Assembly: GCA_001029715.1 (NCBI GenBank)
Contig: CP011212.1
Location: forward strand, 131,407-195,406
Reading direction: 5' to 3'
DNA: 64,000 nt
DNA from: a candidate division TM6 bacterium GW2011_GWF2_28_16
GTDB lineage: Bacteria > Patescibacteriota > Microgenomatia > UBA1400 > PJMF01
The translations under genes and the position numbers were made by a program. The notes under the pieces were generated by a model. That model did no database searches. It was not told the origin of the DNA and was given only the letters and a program-made list of their open reading frames with translations. Within the stretch, counting starts at the first letter, position 1. Each line of letters begins with the position of its first letter. This document shows positions 60,437 to 64,000 of this stretch, piece by piece.

Positions 60437-62734
60437 ATGTCTTATCCAAAGTATGGAAATACTTATAAGAAAGATATTCTCGTGGGTGATAAAGTTATCC
60501 ATCTGGAAATCGGTAAATTTAGTGAACAGGTCAGCGCCGCTGTCCTCGCCACTTGCGGTGAAACTATCGTTCACACCACCGTCGCTTTAGGCAGAAAAGT
60601 CAATCTTGGCTATTTTCCACTCTCAGTGGAATTTGTTGAGAAGCTTTATGCTGGCGGTATTATTAAAGGTTCTCGTTGGGTCAAGCGCGATGGTCGTCCA
60701 ACCGATGATTCCATCTTGCGTGCTCGTGTGATTGATCGCACCATGCGTCCACTTTTCCCAGAGGGAATTACCAACGAAGTGCAAGCAATCAGTACAGTTT
60801 TATCTTATGACGGTGAAAATGAGCCAGATATGATGGGACTTTTGAACACTGCTATTGCTTTGCAAATTTCAGATATTCCTTTTGACGGTCCTGTTTCAGG
60901 TATGCGCTTAAGTTTAGATGAAAAAGGTGAATTTATTATTAATCCACTTCGTAGTCAAATTGAAGGCAATGATTTAGATTTGATTGTTTCTGCTTCTGCC
61001 AATTCAATCGTCATGGTTGAGGCTGGGGCTAATGAAGTTGCTGAAGACGTGATGGTCGAAGCTTTGCTTCGTGCTCAAGATGAATCTAAAAAAGTTTGTC
61101 AGCAAATCGAAGCGATCGCTACTGAAGTTGGCAAAGAAAAAGTCAATTTACTTGATGCTGAAGATCCAGATAAAGTAGCTGCTAAGCAAGCTATTGTTGA
61201 TCGTTTAGCTAGTACTTACAAAAAAGAAGTTAACGAGATGACCAATAAAGAGGGTCGTTTAGAGAAAACTGGTTTGGATGAGTTGATCGCTAAAATTCTT
61301 GAAGAAGACAAAGCTAAACTCAAAGAAGGCGAAGAAAGTGAATTGAGCGAAGGAATGCTTAAAGGTATTTTCCATGACCTAATGAAAGCTGAGGCTCGTC
61401 GTATGATTTTGGAAGATGGCATTCGTCCAGATGGTCGCACCACTACTGAAATCCGTCCAATCTGGTGTGAAGTTGATTTATTACCTAGAGTTCATGGGAG
61501 TGCTATGTTCAAACGTGGCGCCACTCAAGCTCTCACAGTTGTTACCCTTGGCGATCCTTCTCTTGGACAATTGGTTGAAGACATGGCTGGTGAAAAAACC
61601 AATCATTATTTCCACCACTACAATATGCCTCCTTATGCTTCAGGTGAAGCTGGACGTATTGGATATCCAAAGAGACGTGAAATTGGCCATGGTGCACTTG
61701 CACAGCGCGCTATTGAACCAATGCTCCCAAGTCAAGAAGATTTCCCTTACACCATTCATGTGGTCAGTGAGATTATGAGTTCAAATGGCTCAACTTCTCA
61801 GGCTTCAGTTTGTGGTTCTACTTTATCTTTAATGGCTGCCGGCGTTCCACTTAAGAAACCAGTCTCTGGTATTGCTATGGGATTAATGTCCGATGGCGAG
61901 AAATTTGTGGTTCTCTCTGACATTCAAGGTTTGGAAGATCACGTGGGTGATATGGACTTTAAAGTAGCTGGTACCAAAGAAGGTATTACTGCTATTCAAA
62001 TGGACATCAAGCTTAAAGGTATTCCAAAAGAAGTTTTGGTCAAAGCTCTTGGTCAAGCTCGTGAAGGTCGTATGCATATTATGGGCGAAATGCTCAAATG
62101 CATTGCAGAGCCAAGAACTTCTTTAAGTGTCTATGCTCCAAAAGTAGCTCAAATCACTATTCCAGCTGAAAAGATTGGAGGAGTGATTGGCTCAGGTGGC
62201 AGCGTGATTAAAGATATCATTGAAAAATCTGGCGCAGAAGTCAACGTTGAAGAAGATAAAGAGAACAAAACCGGTATCATTAACGTTTCTTCTCCAGATC
62301 AAGCTTCTATTGATAAAGCTATTAAAATGATTGAAGACATTGTCAGAGAAATTAATATTGGCGATGAATTCGATGGCACCGTCACTCGTGTTGAAGGTTA
62401 CGGAATGTTTGTCGAATATTTACCAGGTCGTGAAGGCTTGGTTCATGTTTCCAATATGTCTGGCGAATACGTCAAAGATGCTAATGATCTTTACAAAGTT
62501 GGCGACAGTGTTCACGTTCGTGTTAAAGAATACAATCCAGAAGGCAAAGTAGCTTTAACTATGTTAACTGCAGATCAGGAAGCAGAGCAAAAAGAAAGAG
62601 CTGCTGCTCGTGGTGATCGCGAAGATAACGGTCGCAGCAATGGTGGCTACAACGGCGGACGTCGTTTCGATAACAATCGTGGTGGAAGTCGTGGTAATGA
62701 TCGCGGCGGAGATCGCGGTGGTAGAAGATATTAA
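60437..62734 (+). CDS. pnp: Polyribonucleotide nucleotidyltransferase (PNPase) with an RGG/GGR-rich C-terminal tail
   Basis: It has two RNase PH domains plus KH (IGGVIGSGGSVIK) and S1 domains. The C-terminal tail reads RGDREDNGRSNGGYNGGRRFDNNRGGSRGNDRGGDRGGRRY. It is 765 aa. Confidence 0.95.
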   Translation: MSYPKYGNTYKKDILVGDKVIHLEIGKFSEQVSAAVLATCGETIVHTTVALGRKVNLGYFPLSVEFVEKLYAGGIIKGSRWVKRDGRPTDDSILRARVIDRTMRPLFPEGITNEVQAISTVLSYDGENEPDMMGLLNTAIALQISDIPFDGPVSGMRLSLDEKGEFIINPLRSQIEGNDLDLIVSASANSIVMVEAGANEVAEDVMVEALLRAQDESKKVCQQIEAIATEVGKEKVNLLDAEDPDKVAAKQAIVDRLASTYKKEVNEMTNKEGRLEKTGLDELIAKILEEDKAKLKEGEESELSEGMLKGIFHDLMKAEARRMILEDGIRPDGRTTTEIRPIWCEVDLLPRVHGSAMFKRGATQALTVVTLGDPSLGQLVEDMAGEKTNHYFHHYNMPPYASGEAGRIGYPKRREIGHGALAQRAIEPMLPSQEDFPYTIHVVSEIMSSNGSTSQASVCGSTLSLMAAGVPLKKPVSGIAMGLMSDGEKFVVLSDIQGLEDHVGDMDFKVAGTKEGITAIQMDIKLKGIPKEVLVKALGQAREGRMHIMGEMLKCIAEPRTSLSVYAPKVAQITIPAEKIGGVIGSGGSVIKDIIEKSGAEVNVEEDKENKTGIINVSSPDQASIDKAIKMIEDIVREINIGDEFDGTVTRVEGYGMFVEYLPGREGLVHVSNMSGEYVKDANDLYKVGDSVHVRVKEYNPEGKVALTMLTADQEAEQKERAAARGDREDNGRSNGGYNGGRRFDNNRGGSRGNDRGGDRGGRRY

Positions 62735-62756
62735 AATCTTTTAAATCTAAAAGTGA

Positions 62757-62786
62757 AAAGCTCCAGCTAAAACTGGAGCTTTTTTG
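62757..62786 (+). terminator. Intrinsic terminator after pnp
   Basis: gctccag-ctaaaa-ctggagc is followed by tttttgtttt. Confidence 0.6.
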
Positions 62787-62824
62787 TTTTCCATAGTTTC
62801 CGCTATACTAATGATAATAATTAT

Positions 62825-63703
62825 ATGAACACTGCTAATTTACAAAGCACAGCCGGATTTTTTGCCATTCTTGAATTGGATAATAATCGTGATTTAGCAC
62901 AGAGTTTAGGTTTGGATTTATCTTTATCTGACAATGTGGAATTGCTTGATCAGATTAACCAGCAACTTTTATTTTTGAGCAAAGAAGTCACTGGGGTGAT
63001 TTTTGATCCAATTTATACTTTCAAACTTTTGGCGCAAAAAGCTAGTACGACGGGCGCTCTAATTCGCTTGGAACAAGATAAAGAAAATATGCCGAATAGC
63101 ATGCCACTACTTTTCCCCAACTTTAGTCTAGAGGAAATTAGCAATAATTATGCTTTGGCTAAATTAGAATTAAACTATCATCCACAAGAAAGCAAAGCGA
63201 TTGAAAAGAAACAGCTCTTGTCTGAAATCAGAGAATATTCCAAAGTTCTTAAAATTGATTTTTTACTAAAATTAAAAATTTATGATCCTAATCAATTTGC
63301 AACAAAAGAAGAACAAGTTGGAAGCAAGATTGCTTTCAACTTAGAGAATGATCAGCTAAGCGCCATCCAAGAATTGAGATCCCTAGCGGACATTCTAGTC
63401 ATTCAAAATCCCTCCGATCCTTTAGCAATGGCAACTATTATCAGTGAGTTAGATATACCCTGTTTAGTGATGGCAGATGAGCAAGACACTTACGAGCAAT
63501 TCAAAGAAAAATTCCGCATGGCGATGGAAAATGGAGCCAAAGGTTATTGTATAGGTCAAATCTTATGGAAAGAGTTATCCGCATATCGCAGCGACAATCA
63601 AAGTCTAGATCTAGAAGGTCTTCAAAAATATTTAAATACCACCGTTAGAGATCGTTTGATAGAGCTCAATCGCATTGCTTCAGAAAGCCTAGCGACAAGA
63701 TAA
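62825..63703 (+). CDS. Hypothetical protein, possibly a class I aldolase-like TIM barrel (LacD/DUF2090-like). The assignment is tentative.
   Basis: 292 aa. It has alternating beta/alpha periodicity. Weak resemblance to tagatose-bisphosphate aldolase family blocks is seen in GFFAILELDNNRD and GAKGYCIGQILWKE. Confidence 0.4.
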   Translation: MNTANLQSTAGFFAILELDNNRDLAQSLGLDLSLSDNVELLDQINQQLLFLSKEVTGVIFDPIYTFKLLAQKASTTGALIRLEQDKENMPNSMPLLFPNFSLEEISNNYALAKLELNYHPQESKAIEKKQLLSEIREYSKVLKIDFLLKLKIYDPNQFATKEEQVGSKIAFNLENDQLSAIQELRSLADILVIQNPSDPLAMATIISELDIPCLVMADEQDTYEQFKEKFRMAMENGAKGYCIGQILWKELSAYRSDNQSLDLEGLQKYLNTTVRDRLIELNRIASESLATR

Positions 63704-63742
63704 GACTTTATAAGCCACAGAAAATATGATAGTCTCGCAACT

Positions 63743-64000
63743 ATGAAAATCAAAAAAGCAATTATTGCCTGTGCTGGGTTTGGCACTCGTTTCTTGCCAA
63801 TTACCAAAACTATCCAAAAAGAAATGCTACCAGTTTTAGAACGACCTCTTATTGATTATGTTGTTGAGGATTGTGTTAAAGCAGGTATTGAGGAAATAAT
63901 TTTTGTTATTAGTGAGCATAATTATCAAATTTTGCATTTTTATCGTGAGAACAAGCGACTTCATGAATATCTGGAAAAAAATAAAAAATTAGATTTATAC
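63743..64000 (+). CDS. galU: UTP--glucose-1-phosphate uridylyltransferase (GalU), N-terminal part. The gene continues beyond the window end.
   Basis: MKIKKAIIACAGFGTRFLPITKTIQKEMLPVLERPLIDYVVEDC matches the GalU signature (KAV.PAAGLGTRFLPATK..PKEMLP..DKP.IQY.VEE). Confidence 0.8.
   Translation, partial: MKIKKAIIACAGFGTRFLPITKTIQKEMLPVLERPLIDYVVEDCVKAGIEEIIFVISEHNYQILHFYRENKRLHEYLEKNKKLDLY

Overview
This 64-kb window is AT-rich and gene-dense, and most of it is core housekeeping content from what looks like a small-genome bacterium. I infer a Candidate Phyla Radiation / Patescibacteria-like lineage from several features: an rRNA locus with no 16S nearby, a short IF2, a DnaJ without a zinc finger, a fused TsaC-TsaE, an archaeal-type CMP kinase, and a truncated ATP synthase delta subunit.

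Recognisable content, in order:
- a 5' partial carbamoyltransferase gene (minus strand);
- an rRNA locus of tRNA-Ala(UGC), 23S and 5S with no 16S upstream;
- lepA, rpsT and murJ;
- a PilN/PilO-like pair followed by a 600-aa doubly anchored surface protein;
- a GH18 hydrolase, two PBP1A-type paralogs, an nrdR-nrdJ operon (class II B12 ribonucleotide reductase) with an NrdR-box hairpin, cmk and smpB;
- a tsaD plus fused tsaC-tsaE cluster;
- groES-groEL, a convergent pair of CAU tRNAs (one initiator-like), a Xer-type tyrosine recombinase, ddl and ftsH;
- a KcsA-like K+ channel, a stand-alone 5'-3' exonuclease, a GT4 glycosyltransferase and a GH-A hydrolase;
- a complete F1Fo ATP synthase operon (a-c-b-delta-alpha-gamma-beta-epsilon);
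- hrcA-grpE-dnaK-dnaJ, nusA-infB, and rpsO, an inserted coiled-coil gene, then pnp;
- an aldolase-like hypothetical and the start of galU.

No CRISPR array and no transposase were seen.

Most interesting observations:
1. GroES carries a roughly 32-residue, 13-cysteine insertion in place of the roof hairpin.
2. Two homologous IR-bounded MITE-like elements (about 142 and 166 bp) sit just after groEL and just after xer. Between them lies a 3.2-kb segment with the CAU tRNAs, a 17-bp duplication of the initiator-tRNA 3' end (att-like), a kinase-like hypothetical, an FtsB-like gene and the tyrosine recombinase. This looks like a decayed or novel small integrative region.
3. atpH is truncated (128 aa) and contains a nucleotide-perfect 78-bp internal duplication.
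4. Two tandem hairpins with compensatory stem changes and a conserved loop lie just downstream of the 5S rRNA.
5. Variant CIRCE operators (TTAGCA-N13-TGCTAA) sit at the groES and hrcA promoters.
6. A HEPN-like (RNxxxHY) protein heads a small accessory module next to an archaeal-type CMP kinase.

All functional calls are by eye from motifs. None is database-verified.
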